Shown here: positions 31,334 through 42,080 of the stretch, piece after piece
Layout of the letters: each line of letters starts with the position of its first letter
How positions within the stretch are numbered: position 1 is the first letter of the stretch
NCBI GenBank assembly: GCA_046349895.1
Contig: JAXMBJ010000006.1
Span: 3,092,051-3,156,050, forward strand
Source of the DNA: Pirellulales bacterium
Lineage (GTDB): Bacteria > Planctomycetota > Planctomycetia > Pirellulales > Pirellulaceae
DNA: 64,000 bases
Direction of reading: 5' to 3'
Translations under genes and position numbers: made by a program
Notes under the pieces: model-generated
Told to the model about the DNA's origin: nothing
Seen by the model: the letters and a program-made list of their open reading frames with translations, nothing else
The model's database searches: none

Positions 31334-32668
31334 TCAGAGATTGTCGGTGGTCAGCAGCTGCTGTTCGATCCGATCGGCCTGCCAGGCGATCGCGGCCACA
31401 GCGCGCGTGATCTCCAGCGGGTCGACCGTTTCGGCCAGCAGATTCGACTCCAGCGTGACCATGGGCCCCGACGGCGTGTCACGGACCGAAAAAGCGCCGT
31501 GCACCAGCCGCGCGTTGTAACGCAGGAAGTTCATCGCCTGATCGGCGACCGCCGGTCCGCAGAGAGTGGCGAAGTGGAGCACTTCATAGCCGTCATCATC
31601 CTGACGATCGAAATGAACATGGACGATCTGCCGGCGGAGCGGTCCGAGCTGGACCGTCAGCTGCCAGTTGTCAGCAGCTTCCGTCAATTGCCAGCCGGCC
31701 CCCTGCGAAACTTGTCGAACGAGCTGGCGGACGTCAAGCGACTGCGGCTTGGCCGACCCGCCACCACTGCCCGGAAAGCCACCACTGCCCGGACCGCCAC
31801 CTGCGGCCGGGATGCCCCCACCGGCCGGGATGCCAGGCACCGGCTGGGCCCCAGCCGCACCAGGCTGCATCAGCCAGGGGAGATTCAATCCGACGCCCAT
31901 CCCCAAACCGCCGCCGCCACCCGATTTGGCCAGTTCACGAAGGCTCGCCCCGGCCTGGTACTGCGTGTAGGACCGGAGGTCGCCAACCACAGCCATCCCC
32001 GAACGGGCGTCAATCGCCTGCTGCACCTCTTCAGGAGGAGTCAAGCTGTTGATGATGAAGTCGGTCAGCTCAAGTCCGTACTTCTGGAAATCGGCGCTGA
32101 TCTGAGTCCGAGCGGCGGCGGAGAGCTCGTCCAGTTTGCTCGGCAGATCAAGCAGGCTGATCTGCAGCGTGGCCAGGAGATCGGTCAGGCGAGTGACAAT
32201 CACGTCGCGCAGGTATGAGGTGACATCCTCAGTCGTCATCTTCCCCTGGCTGCCGATCAGCGTATTGACCAGCAGAGCCGAATCGACGGCCCGAAAAGCG
32301 AACTTGCCGAAACCTCTGAGTCGGACCATGCCGAACTCCGGATCGCGCACCGCCACCGGCTGACGCGTCCCCCACCGCTGATCGAGAAACGTCTGGCGAC
32401 TGACGAAGAAGACATGAGCAGTGAACGGAGAACGTTCCCAGGGGATCGTCAACAACCGCGTCAGAATCGGAATCGTCTCAGTGTTCAGCGTATGTCGGCC
32501 CGGGCCCAACACATCACAGGCTTCGCCGTTGCGAAAGAAGACGGCCTCTTGATTCTGCTGCACAATCAGCTGCGATCCCATGGGGATCTCGCCCGAACTG
32601 TGCGGCGGAATCCGCTGCACCAGCGTCTGGTTCGTGTTGTCAAAAAACTCGATGACCTTCAATAACAT
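31334..32668 (-). CDS. SPFH/band-7 domain protein with Gly-rich linker and YbjN-like C-terminal domain
   Basis: COG4260-like N-terminal SPFH region, low-complexity GGGGLGMGVGL...PGSGGFPGSGGG linker, C-terminal domain; ATG verified. Confidence 0.65.
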   Translation of the reverse strand: MLLKVIEFFDNTNQTLVQRIPPHSSGEIPMGSQLIVQQNQEAVFFRNGEACDVLGPGRHTLNTETIPILTRLLTIPWERSPFTAHVFFVSRQTFLDQRWGTRQPVAVRDPEFGMVRLRGFGKFAFRAVDSALLVNTLIGSQGKMTTEDVTSYLRDVIVTRLTDLLATLQISLLDLPSKLDELSAAARTQISADFQKYGLELTDFIINSLTPPEEVQQAIDARSGMAVVGDLRSYTQYQAGASLRELAKSGGGGGLGMGVGLNLPWLMQPGAAGAQPVPGIPAGGGIPAAGGGPGSGGFPGSGGGSAKPQSLDVRQLVRQVSQGAGWQLTEAADNWQLTVQLGPLRRQIVHVHFDRQDDDGYEVLHFATLCGPAVADQAMNFLRYNARLVHGAFSVRDTPSGPMVTLESNLLAETVDPLEITRAVAAIAWQADRIEQQLLTTDNL

Positions 32669-32716
32669 GGTAGATCAATCCCCTTTCGATTGGTCGGCAC
32701 CGCACGACTACCAGCT

Positions 32717-33217
32717 CTAGCTGCGTTGGCCGGCCATCAGGTCGTGTCGGCGAGCGATCGCCGTTTCAAGTTTCCCCAGACGCTGCAACACGTCAGCCGG
32801 TTTCGTCCCCCCGGCTGACCCGCCCGCTTCGGTCAACATCTTCGCCACCGCGGCCGCTTCGTCCAGGATGTCAGCTTCCAGGTCATACAGATCCTGGAGC
32901 GCGTCGGCGTCCAGCCGCGAAGCATTGAAGATTCCTTCGCCCGGGCGTAGCGTCACGCTCATCTTCCGGACCATCAAGTCGATCTTCTGCCGCACTTGGT
33001 CCCAAGCGCCGACCGATGCCAGATCCCCTTGAGCGATCGACGCCTTGATCGCGCCGTCAATACCCGACCCGGCACCGCTCAACCGCTCGAGAATCCATTG
33101 CCGAGTCTGTGCGTCGGTATCCCGACGCCGCTCAGCCTGATCGTAACCGCCGAAACCGGGAATCTGCGCGAGAATGCGTTCCCAGATCGACGCGGCGGTC
33201 TCTTGGCGACGGTCCAT
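32717..33217 (-). CDS. hypothetical protein (first gene of putative hyp-SPFH-proS operon)
   Basis: ATG at 33217 with AAGGAG 10 nt upstream. Confidence 0.55.
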   Translation of the reverse strand: MDRRQETAASIWERILAQIPGFGGYDQAERRRDTDAQTRQWILERLSGAGSGIDGAIKASIAQGDLASVGAWDQVRQKIDLMVRKMSVTLRPGEGIFNASRLDADALQDLYDLEADILDEAAAVAKMLTEAGGSAGGTKPADVLQRLGKLETAIARRHDLMAGQRS

Positions 33218-33498
33218 CCCGGTCTACTCCTTGAGCACTGACGGCATTGCTGTCATGGTTCGACTGGCCCACTCCGGTCCAGGCGCCCCCCGATTGTACA
33301 ACAAGCCGGCCAGGGCGCGCATGCGACTCCCCCCAGTTCGTCTGGTCGACTCCCTTAGCTTCTGTTACAGTCCCGCCCCGGATGGTCCCCGACCCTGGTC
33401 GTCGCCAGCCTGGCGTCGCCCTTCGGTCAGCGGTTCCCATCATGCGTCCACCGATCACGCCCTGAGTTGTCCGTATCCCTAGTTCCAGCGGTGCCCCC

Positions 33499-34263
33499 AT
33501 GCGCGACGTCGCTCCACGCCGACTGCCGTCACCAGACACGGCCTTCCTCATCCGACCCGCCTCCCTGATGGCCGTCGGAATCGCCCTGGCCCTGGCCTCC
33601 ACCGGCTGCTCAGAACCCTGGCGACTCTGGCGACGCGGAGGAAAAGAACTCGCCTCCATGAGCCCCCCGTCGACGTCCGACCCCAAGGCCTCCGCCACCG
33701 TCGCCCAATGGGCCCGCTCGGTCGCCCGCGAAGCCCCCCAACTCGAGCCGGCTGAATCCCGGCGACTGGCCAAAGAGATCCAAGAACGCCTGACCACCGA
33801 ACCCTCGGACTGGAACCGCCGCGAACTGGTCCTCGCTCTGGCCGCTCTCCAAACCCCCGAAACCTTTCCCGGACTGACCAACGCCCTGGCCGACCCCTCC
33901 AGCACCGTCCGCGAAGCTGCTTGCACAGGCCTCGGCTCCATCAAGTCTCAACAGGCCATCCGGCTCCTCGGTAACACCCTGGCCACCGATAACAACCTCG
34001 ATGTCCGCCTGGCCGCCGCTCGGGAACTCGGCCACCACCGTCGACCCGAAGCAGTGCTAGCACTGGCAGCGGTACTGGACGATCCGGATGCGGCCTTACG
34101 TCACCGAGCCATGGTGTCGCTCGGCTCGTCGGCCCCAAAGGACTTTGGGGGTGATGCGACGGCCTGGAAACAGTACGCCGCCAATCTGATGATGGATATG
34201 GACTCCCCCGCATCGATGGTTGCTGAGCAGCCTGACGGGTCGGACCCTCCCACGATCCGCTGA
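33499..34263 (+). CDS. HEAT-repeat (PBS-lyase-like) lipoprotein
   Basis: Lipobox ALASTGC and repeated LALAALQTPE...VREAACTGLG...VRLAAARELG HEAT-like units. Confidence 0.6.
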   Translation: MRDVAPRRLPSPDTAFLIRPASLMAVGIALALASTGCSEPWRLWRRGGKELASMSPPSTSDPKASATVAQWARSVAREAPQLEPAESRRLAKEIQERLTTEPSDWNRRELVLALAALQTPETFPGLTNALADPSSTVREAACTGLGSIKSQQAIRLLGNTLATDNNLDVRLAAARELGHHRRPEAVLALAAVLDDPDAALRHRAMVSLGSSAPKDFGGDATAWKQYAANLMMDMDSPASMVAEQPDGSDPPTIR

Positions 34264-34536
34264 CCTGTTCCGAACGACGTGAACTGGTCCGAGGCGATTT
34301 CACCCCGCGCCTCAAATGTCCGATAGATAGCTAGTCGCCCGCCCCGATAAGAGCTGGCATGACAGCATGGGCCTGTGACTTGAGCGGTGGCCGAGGATTT
34401 CTTCGCCATCGGCTCGCCAGAGGCCTGACCAGAACCTCCCCAGCTCGATACGATAGCCATAGCCTCGATGAGCGGCCTCTGGAGTCCGTGAAGGGCGCCA
34501 GCCGGCCACTCATGCAACCTCAGCTAGAGACCTGAC

Positions 34537-36333
34537 ATGCCTGCACCGGTGCTCCGTCGGCCTTCCCGCCTGGCCGGTCGTTTTTCGACTCCAGCCGTCC
34601 CGATCGCTAACGAAACTCCCGCCCTGCAGCAGGGCGACTGGCCCTGGTTATCCACTGGCTGTGCCGCCTGGAGCCGCTGGGCAGTTGCCGGAGCCGTCCT
34701 GTGCCTGCTTCCCTTGGGCTGGGCCAGCTGGCACGCACCCGCCTCCCACCACGGGCTCGCCGCTACCACCGATTCACCCCTGCTGGCGCAACTGGAGCTC
34801 GGCCCCGCTCACGATCACCCCGAGCCTCCCCCGGCCCCCGAACTCCCCGACGGACCGGCCGACCCGCCAGCCGCCGCTGAAACCGAAGAGACTGTGCCGG
34901 CCGAAGACCAACCCACAGACGAGACGGCAAGCGAAGCCGTACCGGACGACGGTGCGGCGGAGACCGATGCCGGGTCGGCTCAGTATGATGACCGACCGTC
35001 GGCCGATCAGGGAGCTGACGAAGCCACCGACGGATCGGACAAGACGGAGTCCCAGGCGGATGGCGAACCGGCCAGCCCGACAGTGAATCCCCAAGCCGAT
35101 TCGAAATCCGCTCCGAGCTCGACTCAATCCCGGCCGAACTCGGCCCCCAACTCGGCCCCCAAAACGGCGCCACCGAGGCCAGTCCCGCAGGCCGCTCCGG
35201 GGCACAATCGTCGGCCGGGGAGCTCTCAGCCGAGCGCTACCCCACCGGGGAAAGCGAACCCCGATGGGGCGAGCGAGGCGGAATCGAACAAGCTCGCTCC
35301 ACCCCCGACGGCTCCGCGCCAGCTGTCGCCACGTCAGCAGGCTTTGAAGCACCAGCTGGAACAATGCCTGCAGTTCTACTTCGTCAATAAACCGCTCAAC
35401 ACCCGCGATGACAGTGCGTGGTCGATCATGCACTCGTTCCTCGGTTTCGGAGCTCCGACGCCGGTGGCCGTTGGTTCGCCCCAGGGTCAGCGGGCGAATG
35501 CCATCGCCTGGATGTGTGCCAACAAGCCGTGTGGCGGCCGGGAGCTGCTGTATATCCAGAACGGCTTGGTGATTGGGCGGGAGGGACCTGGTTACCAGGG
35601 CCATCCGGCTCAGTTTCTGGCCATGCTGGCTCAGGTCCACGTCAGCCCGAATTATGAGCTGCGAGTGGCCAATCAGCGGCTGACGGTCCAGAACCTGATC
35701 GAATCCGAGAAAGTGACCTGCCGGGACGGGATGGAGCTGACGTTCAAGCTGATCTCGTTGTCGCATTACTTGGAGTCGACGGCTACCTGGCAGAACCAGC
35801 AGGGCCAGACGTGGGACATCCCGCGGCTGATCCGGGCGGAGATCAGCCAGCCGATCAATGGAGCGGCCTGCGGCGGGACCCACCGCCTGATGGGGCTCTC
35901 CTGCGCCATCTACAACCGTCAGCAGGAAGGGCTGCCGATCGACGGGCAATGGGCTCGGGCCGACAAGTACATTCGCGACTACCATCGCTACACGTTTTCG
36001 CTGCAGAACCCCGACGGCAGTTTCAGCAGTGACTGGTTCAAGCGGCGGGCCAACTGGGGCGAGAACGATCGCAAGCTGCAGACGACCGGCCACATCGCCG
36101 AATGGATGATCTATTCCGTGCCGGAAGACGAGCTGCACGACCAGCGGCTGTTCCGAGCCGTGCAGCTGCTGGTGAACCTCATGTCGCAGAACCGTCACTA
36201 TGATTGGGCGGTTGGCCCGCGTGGCCATGCGATCCGGGCTTTGCGGCTGTACCACGAACGCGCTTTGGGTGGCCGCCCCGCCGACTGGATGGGTGGCCAG
36301 ATGACCCGTCGTGCGGTCAGTCGCGCCCGCTAA
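34537..36333 (+). CDS. hypothetical secreted protein with acidic/Pro-rich low-complexity region and conserved C-terminal domain
   Basis: TM/signal segment, about 200 aa of D/E/P/A/S-rich sequence, then C-terminal about 300 aa (AACGGTHRLMGLSCAIYNRQQEGLPIDGQWARADKYIRDYH...) resembling alpha/alpha-toroid domains; ATG verified. Confidence 0.55.
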   Translation: MPAPVLRRPSRLAGRFSTPAVPIANETPALQQGDWPWLSTGCAAWSRWAVAGAVLCLLPLGWASWHAPASHHGLAATTDSPLLAQLELGPAHDHPEPPPAPELPDGPADPPAAAETEETVPAEDQPTDETASEAVPDDGAAETDAGSAQYDDRPSADQGADEATDGSDKTESQADGEPASPTVNPQADSKSAPSSTQSRPNSAPNSAPKTAPPRPVPQAAPGHNRRPGSSQPSATPPGKANPDGASEAESNKLAPPPTAPRQLSPRQQALKHQLEQCLQFYFVNKPLNTRDDSAWSIMHSFLGFGAPTPVAVGSPQGQRANAIAWMCANKPCGGRELLYIQNGLVIGREGPGYQGHPAQFLAMLAQVHVSPNYELRVANQRLTVQNLIESEKVTCRDGMELTFKLISLSHYLESTATWQNQQGQTWDIPRLIRAEISQPINGAACGGTHRLMGLSCAIYNRQQEGLPIDGQWARADKYIRDYHRYTFSLQNPDGSFSSDWFKRRANWGENDRKLQTTGHIAEWMIYSVPEDELHDQRLFRAVQLLVNLMSQNRHYDWAVGPRGHAIRALRLYHERALGGRPADWMGGQMTRRAVSRAR

Positions 36334-36509
36334 GTCTGGCTCAATCGTCCCCGCAGTCGGCCCGGAATGGGCTCGCTTGGGTTGCGATCGGGCGGAAAGC
36401 GTTCTACTATTGAAAGGCTTTTCGCGCCCGGGCTCCGCTGGCCATCACGGCTGCGAGTGCCTACCCTGCTGCGTACCTGATCCCGACCCAGTTCACCCTC
36501 GCACCGGCC

Positions 36510-37445
36510 ATGAAAAAATCCTCGCCAGTCGACGACTTCTTCCTGCCGCTGCTCGATACGGCAATCGACGTCGCGTTGCGAGTCGACGCGGAAGCGGTGA
36601 TGGTCTTCGCCGAAGACCATATCAATTGGGTGGAGGTCAAGCAGCGGACGACCCGGATTCGGATTCTGGTGGCGACCGACGAGAATCCCCATGCCGCCGC
36701 CGCTCAGAAAGCCAGCCTCGAAACCGTCTTGCTCAAGACCGTCGACGCTCCGGTCTATGAGAAACTGACTCAGGCTCTGCTGCAGAGCGTCGCCGACGAT
36801 CTCCTCTCCAGCGGAGCGGACGTGGTGGTGGTCTACAGCGGTTTCGAAGTCGGCAAGATCGATTCGCTCAGCTTCATCAAGCTCGACGAACGACTCGGAC
36901 GGCTCACCGCCCGCGACCTCCGCCAGCTCGAGACCAAGGTCCCCCTCGATACGCTCAAGATGGTCGTCGATCTGGCCGTGGAAATCGGCCGCGAGGGACG
37001 CGAAGGAAAACCGGTCGGGACCCTGTTTGTGGTCGGCGACACCCGCAAGGTTCTGACCAGCAGCCAGACTCTCGGCTTTGACCCGGTCCGCGGCTACAAC
37101 CGCCGCGAACGCAATCTGCACGATCACCGGGTCCGGGAAGCGATCAAGGAATTCGCGTCGCTCGATGGCGCCATCATCGTCGGCCCGGACGGCACCGTCG
37201 AAGCCGCCTGCCGACTGCTCGACGTCACCGCCACCAATATCACCCTCTCCAAAGGACTCGGGGCCAGACATTGGGCCGCGGCGGCGATCAGCAAGAAAAC
37301 CAGCGCGGTGGCCATCGCGGTGAGCGAATCGACAGGTACGGTTCGCATCTTCCAGAACGGCGAGGTGATCCTCCGAATTGAACCCTTCCGCCGTGCCATG
37401 AAGTGGAAGGATTTCGAGTACGAACCTCCGTCGCTGTCGGAATAG
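36510..37445 (+). CDS. DAC (diadenylate cyclase) domain protein with uncharacterised N-terminal domain
   Basis: C-terminal LDGAIIVGPDG...GARHWAAAAIS...ESTGTVRIF matches the DGA and (G)(T/A)RH(R)AA motifs of DisA_N/CdaA, with W replacing the second Arg. Confidence 0.65.
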   Translation: MKKSSPVDDFFLPLLDTAIDVALRVDAEAVMVFAEDHINWVEVKQRTTRIRILVATDENPHAAAAQKASLETVLLKTVDAPVYEKLTQALLQSVADDLLSSGADVVVVYSGFEVGKIDSLSFIKLDERLGRLTARDLRQLETKVPLDTLKMVVDLAVEIGREGREGKPVGTLFVVGDTRKVLTSSQTLGFDPVRGYNRRERNLHDHRVREAIKEFASLDGAIIVGPDGTVEAACRLLDVTATNITLSKGLGARHWAAAAISKKTSAVAIAVSESTGTVRIFQNGEVILRIEPFRRAMKWKDFEYEPPSLSE

Positions 37446-37481
37446 TCACAAGTTCGACCGGCGACTTGCGGAGCCTCCATC

Positions 37482-37706
37482 ATGCCACTGTACGAATACG
37501 TCTGCCAGAAATGCCAGCACGAGTTTGAATACCTGGTGCGCAGCGCCGACGACCAGCCCGTGTGCCCGCGTTGTGAAAGCCAAAGGCTGCAGCGGCTGCT
37601 GAGTGTCCCGGCGGCCCACTCCGGCAGTTCGCCCTCCATGACCGGCCCCGATCCGGGGACCTGCGGCCGCCCTCAGTGTGCGCGGGGATGCCAGTTCGGC
37701 GGGTAA
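37482..37706 (+). CDS. FmdB-family zinc-ribbon protein
   Basis: MPLYEYVCQKCQHEFE...CPRCES: classic FmdB CxxC...CxxC. Confidence 0.85.
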   Translation: MPLYEYVCQKCQHEFEYLVRSADDQPVCPRCESQRLQRLLSVPAAHSGSSPSMTGPDPGTCGRPQCARGCQFGG

Positions 37707-37713
37707 CGTTCCA

Positions 37714-38385
37714 TCAGGACGATCCGCTGCTGAGCCCCAGGGACCGGAGTAGCGGCCCCGGAGCGCCGATGTCGACCACCTGCAGCTGGCCGACGTAAGG
37801 CTCAACGTCCGGTGCGATCAGCCCAGGCTTCGGAGCCACAAACGTGCACGTGACGTCGGCCCGAAACGTCGCCGGCGCCGCCTCGCCCGTGTCGGCATTC
37901 AGACCGCTCGGGACGTCCACCGCCAGTCGCCGAGCCGTGGTGGCGTTGGCTCGAGTAATGACCGCATCCAGCGGTGGACGCGGAGCGCCGCGCGCCCCCG
38001 TTCCCAGCAAGGCGTCGACAATCCATGTCGCTTCATGCCACCATTCCAGCGGAATCCCCTCGGACCAGGCCCGACACGCCAGACCACTCCGCTCAATGAT
38101 CCGGTAATTCGTCAGCGAGTCAGGAGGAAGTCGGTCGACCGGCAGACAGGTGACGATCCGCACGTCGAATCCTCGCCCATCAAGATGCCGGGCCATCACC
38201 AGACCGTCGCCGGCGTTGTTCCCTCCACCGCACAGAATGGTCACCAGTCCGACTGGACCGGCCTGCTGCATCCAGTCGACGACGCCTCGACCGGCGTTTT
38301 CCATCAGCACCACACCGGGAACTCCGTACTCGTTGATCGCTCGCGCATCGACATCGCGGCACTGGGCACAAGTAAGCGTCAGCAT
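37714..38385 (-). CDS. NAD(P)H-hydrate epimerase (YjeF N-terminal domain)
   Basis: ILCGGGNNAGDGLVMARHL motif; ATG verified. Confidence 0.8.
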   Translation of the reverse strand: MLTLTCAQCRDVDARAINEYGVPGVVLMENAGRGVVDWMQQAGPVGLVTILCGGGNNAGDGLVMARHLDGRGFDVRIVTCLPVDRLPPDSLTNYRIIERSGLACRAWSEGIPLEWWHEATWIVDALLGTGARGAPRPPLDAVITRANATTARRLAVDVPSGLNADTGEAAPATFRADVTCTFVAPKPGLIAPDVEPYVGQLQVVDIGAPGPLLRSLGLSSGSS

Positions 38386-38592
38386 GTTGAGAGTTTCTCC
38401 GGCGGATGATTCGAATTGGCTCAGCGTCCATGTTCAGTCTACCAACGAAAACGGCGACTTCCTTGCTGAAGTCGCCGCTCGCCCAATCGCTCCCTCGCTG
38501 CACGACTCGCACGTCGTGAGGAGTTCGGTCACTATATTCTCGGCCACGTTCTGGGCCACATTCTCGGCCCCTGCGGCCGTGCTGTCGCCGTG

Positions 38593-40530
38593 TTAGGGGA
38601 TCAGGAAGACTCCTCCCAGAACGGCGGCGGTCTGAGCCTTCACGGCTCGCGGATGCCAGGGAAAGGCGGGGATCAGCCACGGAGCACAGTCGCCTGGCCG
38701 GTAGTAGCCCAGTACGTACTGGCATTCCTGCGGCGGATGGAGCCCGATGTTGTACGGCAGCAACAGGACGTTGCCGAAGAAGTGAGCTCCTGACAGGAAC
38801 GTCTGAGCCACGGGGCCCTGTGAGTGGCCATACCGTTCCAGCTGGACGTCTTCAAAGTACAGCGGCTTGTGGCACAGTGCCGAAGCGGTCCAAGTAAAGG
38901 TCGACGGAGTCCAGTGACGACCGGCATAGGTTTCTTCCGGCAACTGGCAGTCGTTGGGAATCCGCCACCAGCCCGACAGGAAGCACCGATCGTCGGTACC
39001 AATTTCCCGCGCGGCGACACGCACCGACTCGCCTTTTTCCGGCTGAATCACCAGATAGCCGTTGGTGTAGTCCAGCAGACGCCCTTGGGCCAACACCTTG
39101 CCGTTGCGGTCCTTCCAGACCCGCGACGGGATTTTGGCCAGCTGCTCGTCACGGCCCTTCAATACCTCTTCCAGATCCTTGCCCTCCGTCACCAGCAACG
39201 GTGAGACGTCGATCGAGATATTGGCGATCGAAAAGTCAATCAGTTCCTGACGGGTCGTCTGACAGTTTTTGCTGTCGGTCGCGCAATCGGCACCGTTGTA
39301 CTCCGATGCTTTCGCCCGCAAAGCCTCATCCTCTTCCGGACTCAACAACTCGCCTCGCGACTCGGCCTCCAGCTCGCTCTCTGCACGGCTCTCCGGTTGG
39401 CTCTCTGGCTTGCTCTCTACCTCGTCCTCCATAAACCCTTCCCGGGCCTCGACCTTCTGATCTCCGGACGAAGACGGCTCGGGCTGAGTGGTTGAGCCGG
39501 GTCCTTCAGCACGTGGGATTTCGCGCGGTGGCGTCTGGCCCGATCGCGGCGGGGTCTTGCCGAACGTGTCGTCCAACGTTTCGTTACCCGGCGACGGAAA
39601 CTCGGGGAGGTCCGGGACCGAACCGCCTGGAGTCTGCTCCGGATCGATCTGCACTCCCCGTGTCGTCGGCACTCCCCGTGTCGTCGGCACTGGCACGGTG
39701 CGCGGCGGAGCGGGAGGCTGAACGATCGGGTTCTGCACGGCCGGGCGGGTCTTCAGAATCGAAGGCACCGGCGCTCGTCGCTCCAACGCCTCCGACAACT
39801 CGGCTTCCGTCGGAAGTTCATCCGACGAGCTTTCGAGGAGCTTCGGGGCGGGGGGCTGAGGGATGTCCAGCGGTGCAGTCGCCTGGTTGCCAGCCGCGGC
39901 CGACAACCCGTCATCGCCAAACGGATTGGTAGGTTCGGTGTGCTGCACACGATCGATTGATTCGGCGGTTGGCAACTCGCGAGCGTCGGCAGTGATCGCC
40001 TGAGGCTGCGGACTGAGCTCAGCCAGCGTCGGCTCACCAGAAGCCGGCAGCAAGCGAGGACGGACGCTGCGACGAGCTGATCCGACAGCCGGCGAATCGA
40101 CCGTGGGTGCTTCGAGTGAGAGCGATTCGACTGAGGTAGCTGCTGAATCGCTCGGCTCGGCGGACACCGGAGCATGATGAGCGGCAGGGGTGACCTGGAG
40201 CGTCCGGCGGCCGGTCGCTTGAGCCTTCGCGGCGCCAGGCCGTCGCCAGTCGAGCTCGGTCGACGTGTTGGCTGGTGCTGCGGCACGTTGCGCCCAATTG
40301 CGGGTGGCCGGTGGAGCTGCCTGCAGCTCGACAGTGGCGCCACCCATCAAACACCAGCCGAACATCCAGGCCAGTGAAGCCGGGGCCAGCAGATCGGCGA
40401 CCAGCTGCGCACCACGGCTAGCAGGCGCCGCGCCGTAGAGCAGCGAGCTGGCAGGCCGCAGATCAGCCTGGCTCGTTGCCGGGAAACTCAGGGCTGTAAT
40501 TGGGGGCTTCGTGCGTGATCGAAATGTCAT
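38593..40530 (-). CDS. hypothetical protein with Pro-rich central region and Cys-containing C-terminal domain
   Basis: ATG at 40530 with GAGGGAGAA RBS. Overlaps the guaB 3' end by 68 nt. In-frame 18-nt tandem duplication (VPTTRG x2). Confidence 0.45.
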   Translation of the reverse strand: MTFRSRTKPPITALSFPATSQADLRPASSLLYGAAPASRGAQLVADLLAPASLAWMFGWCLMGGATVELQAAPPATRNWAQRAAAPANTSTELDWRRPGAAKAQATGRRTLQVTPAAHHAPVSAEPSDSAATSVESLSLEAPTVDSPAVGSARRSVRPRLLPASGEPTLAELSPQPQAITADARELPTAESIDRVQHTEPTNPFGDDGLSAAAGNQATAPLDIPQPPAPKLLESSSDELPTEAELSEALERRAPVPSILKTRPAVQNPIVQPPAPPRTVPVPTTRGVPTTRGVQIDPEQTPGGSVPDLPEFPSPGNETLDDTFGKTPPRSGQTPPREIPRAEGPGSTTQPEPSSSGDQKVEAREGFMEDEVESKPESQPESRAESELEAESRGELLSPEEDEALRAKASEYNGADCATDSKNCQTTRQELIDFSIANISIDVSPLLVTEGKDLEEVLKGRDEQLAKIPSRVWKDRNGKVLAQGRLLDYTNGYLVIQPEKGESVRVAAREIGTDDRCFLSGWWRIPNDCQLPEETYAGRHWTPSTFTWTASALCHKPLYFEDVQLERYGHSQGPVAQTFLSGAHFFGNVLLLPYNIGLHPPQECQYVLGYYRPGDCAPWLIPAFPWHPRAVKAQTAAVLGGVFLIP

Positions 40531-41944
40531 GAGGATGATTCTCCCTCATACTGGCCGGCGATATCCGCACGAAGCGGGTATTCCGACGCAGCTCCTCAAT
40601 GGTTTTCGTGCCGCAGTATCCCATACCAGCTCGAAGCCCCCCGACCAGCTGATACACGAAAGGTCCCAGCGGACCCTTGAACGGCACGCGTCCTTCCACT
40701 CCTTCCGGGACAAGCTTTCCCGACCGCTGCTCGTCGCCAGCCTGTCGGTACCGTTCGCTTGAGCCTTTGACCATGGCCCCCAGCGAACCCATGCCCCGAT
40801 AACTCTTGAACGTACGTCCCTGATACAAAATGACCTCACCCGGGCTCTCCGCCATGCCGGCAAACAGGCCACCAATCATGGTGACGTTAGCTCCGGCAGC
40901 CAGGGCCTTGGTGATGTCTCCCGAATAGCGGATGCCACCGTCGGCGATGATCGGAGTCGATGTCGCCGCAGCCGCTCGAGCCGCTTCGTAAATCGCGGTA
41001 ACCTGCGGAACGCCGACGCCGGAAATCACGCGAGTGGTGCAGATCGACCCGGGGCCGATCCCCACCTTCACTGCATCCGCGCCGGAACGAATCAGGTCGT
41101 CACACCCTTCATAAGTCGCCACGTTGCCAGCAATCACATCGATATCCCACCGCCGCTTGATCTCTCGCACCGTCTCCATGACGTTGCGCGAATGACCATG
41201 AGCGCTGTCGACTACCAGCACGTCCACGTCCTTGCTGATCAGACTGCCAGCTCGGTCGTAGTCATAAACTCCGACCGCCGCTCCCACACGCAGCCGCCCT
41301 TGAGCGTCTTTGCTAGCGTCTGGGAAACGTTTCTGCATGTCGATGTCCTTGATGGTGATCAGACCGGTCAGCCGGTAAGAATCGTCCACCAGCAAAAGTT
41401 TCTCCACTTTTTTAGCCGTTAAAATTTTCTCAGCTTCCTCAAGCGTCACATTCCCCGTAGCCGTCACCAGCCCGTCGCGGGTCATGACCTCCGAAATGGG
41501 GAGTTCGGTGCTCTCCAGAAAGCGGAGATCGCGGCGAGTGAGGATCCCGCAGAGCTTCCCTTCCCCGTGAGTTATCGGGACCCCCGAGACGTTGTATTTC
41601 TCCATGACGGCTCGGGCCTGAGCCACGGTCGCTTCCGGGGGGAGCGTAACCGGGTCGACGATGATCCCGTTGGCGCTCCGTTTGACCTTGTCGACCTCCT
41701 CGGTCTGTCGTTCGAGCGACATGTTTTTGTGGATGATGCCGAGCCCCCCGACCTGGGCCAGTGAGATCGCCATGGCACTCTCGGTAACGGTGTCCATGGG
41801 TGAGCTGATGAGGGGGATATTCAGCCGGATGCGGCTGGTGAGTCGGCTGGAGACATCGACTTCCGCGGGCACCACATCGCTGTACGCTGGCTGCAGGAGC
41901 ACGTCGTCAAAGGTGATTCCTGTCAAAACGATTCGGTCGTCCAT
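40463..41944 (-). CDS. guaB: IMP dehydrogenase
   Basis: Tandem CBS region and catalytic [11 protein letters not shown] loop; full length 493 aa. Confidence 0.95.
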   Translation of the reverse strand: MDDRIVLTGITFDDVLLQPAYSDVVPAEVDVSSRLTSRIRLNIPLISSPMDTVTESAMAISLAQVGGLGIIHKNMSLERQTEEVDKVKRSANGIIVDPVTLPPEATVAQARAVMEKYNVSGVPITHGEGKLCGILTRRDLRFLESTELPISEVMTRDGLVTATGNVTLEEAEKILTAKKVEKLLLVDDSYRLTGLITIKDIDMQKRFPDASKDAQGRLRVGAAVGVYDYDRAGSLISKDVDVLVVDSAHGHSRNVMETVREIKRRWDIDVIAGNVATYEGCDDLIRSGADAVKVGIGPGSICTTRVISGVGVPQVTAIYEAARAAAATSTPIIADGGIRYSGDITKALAAGANVTMIGGLFAGMAESPGEVILYQGRTFKSYRGMGSLGAMVKGSSERYRQAGDEQRSGKLVPEGVEGRVPFKGPLGPFVYQLVGGLRAGMGYCGTKTIEELRRNTRFVRISPASMRENHPHDISITHEAPNYSPEFPGNEPG

Positions 41945-42080
41945 CGACTGGCCCTGTCCCTAGTAGCCCCCCAGAATGACTCGGCGACCGCCAGTTGGGG
42001 CGTACGATGCACGGTGCCGTGCCAGCAGAGAAAAGCAAGCTGTGGCGGCATTATGCCCCTCCCAGCCACGGGTGACAATC

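Noticed and set aside
34774-36255. 493-aa minus-strand ORF
   Set aside because: Antisense to the 34537-36333 gene, which has a signal/TM start, a verified ATG and a conserved C-terminal domain. The minus-strand translation is low-complexity.
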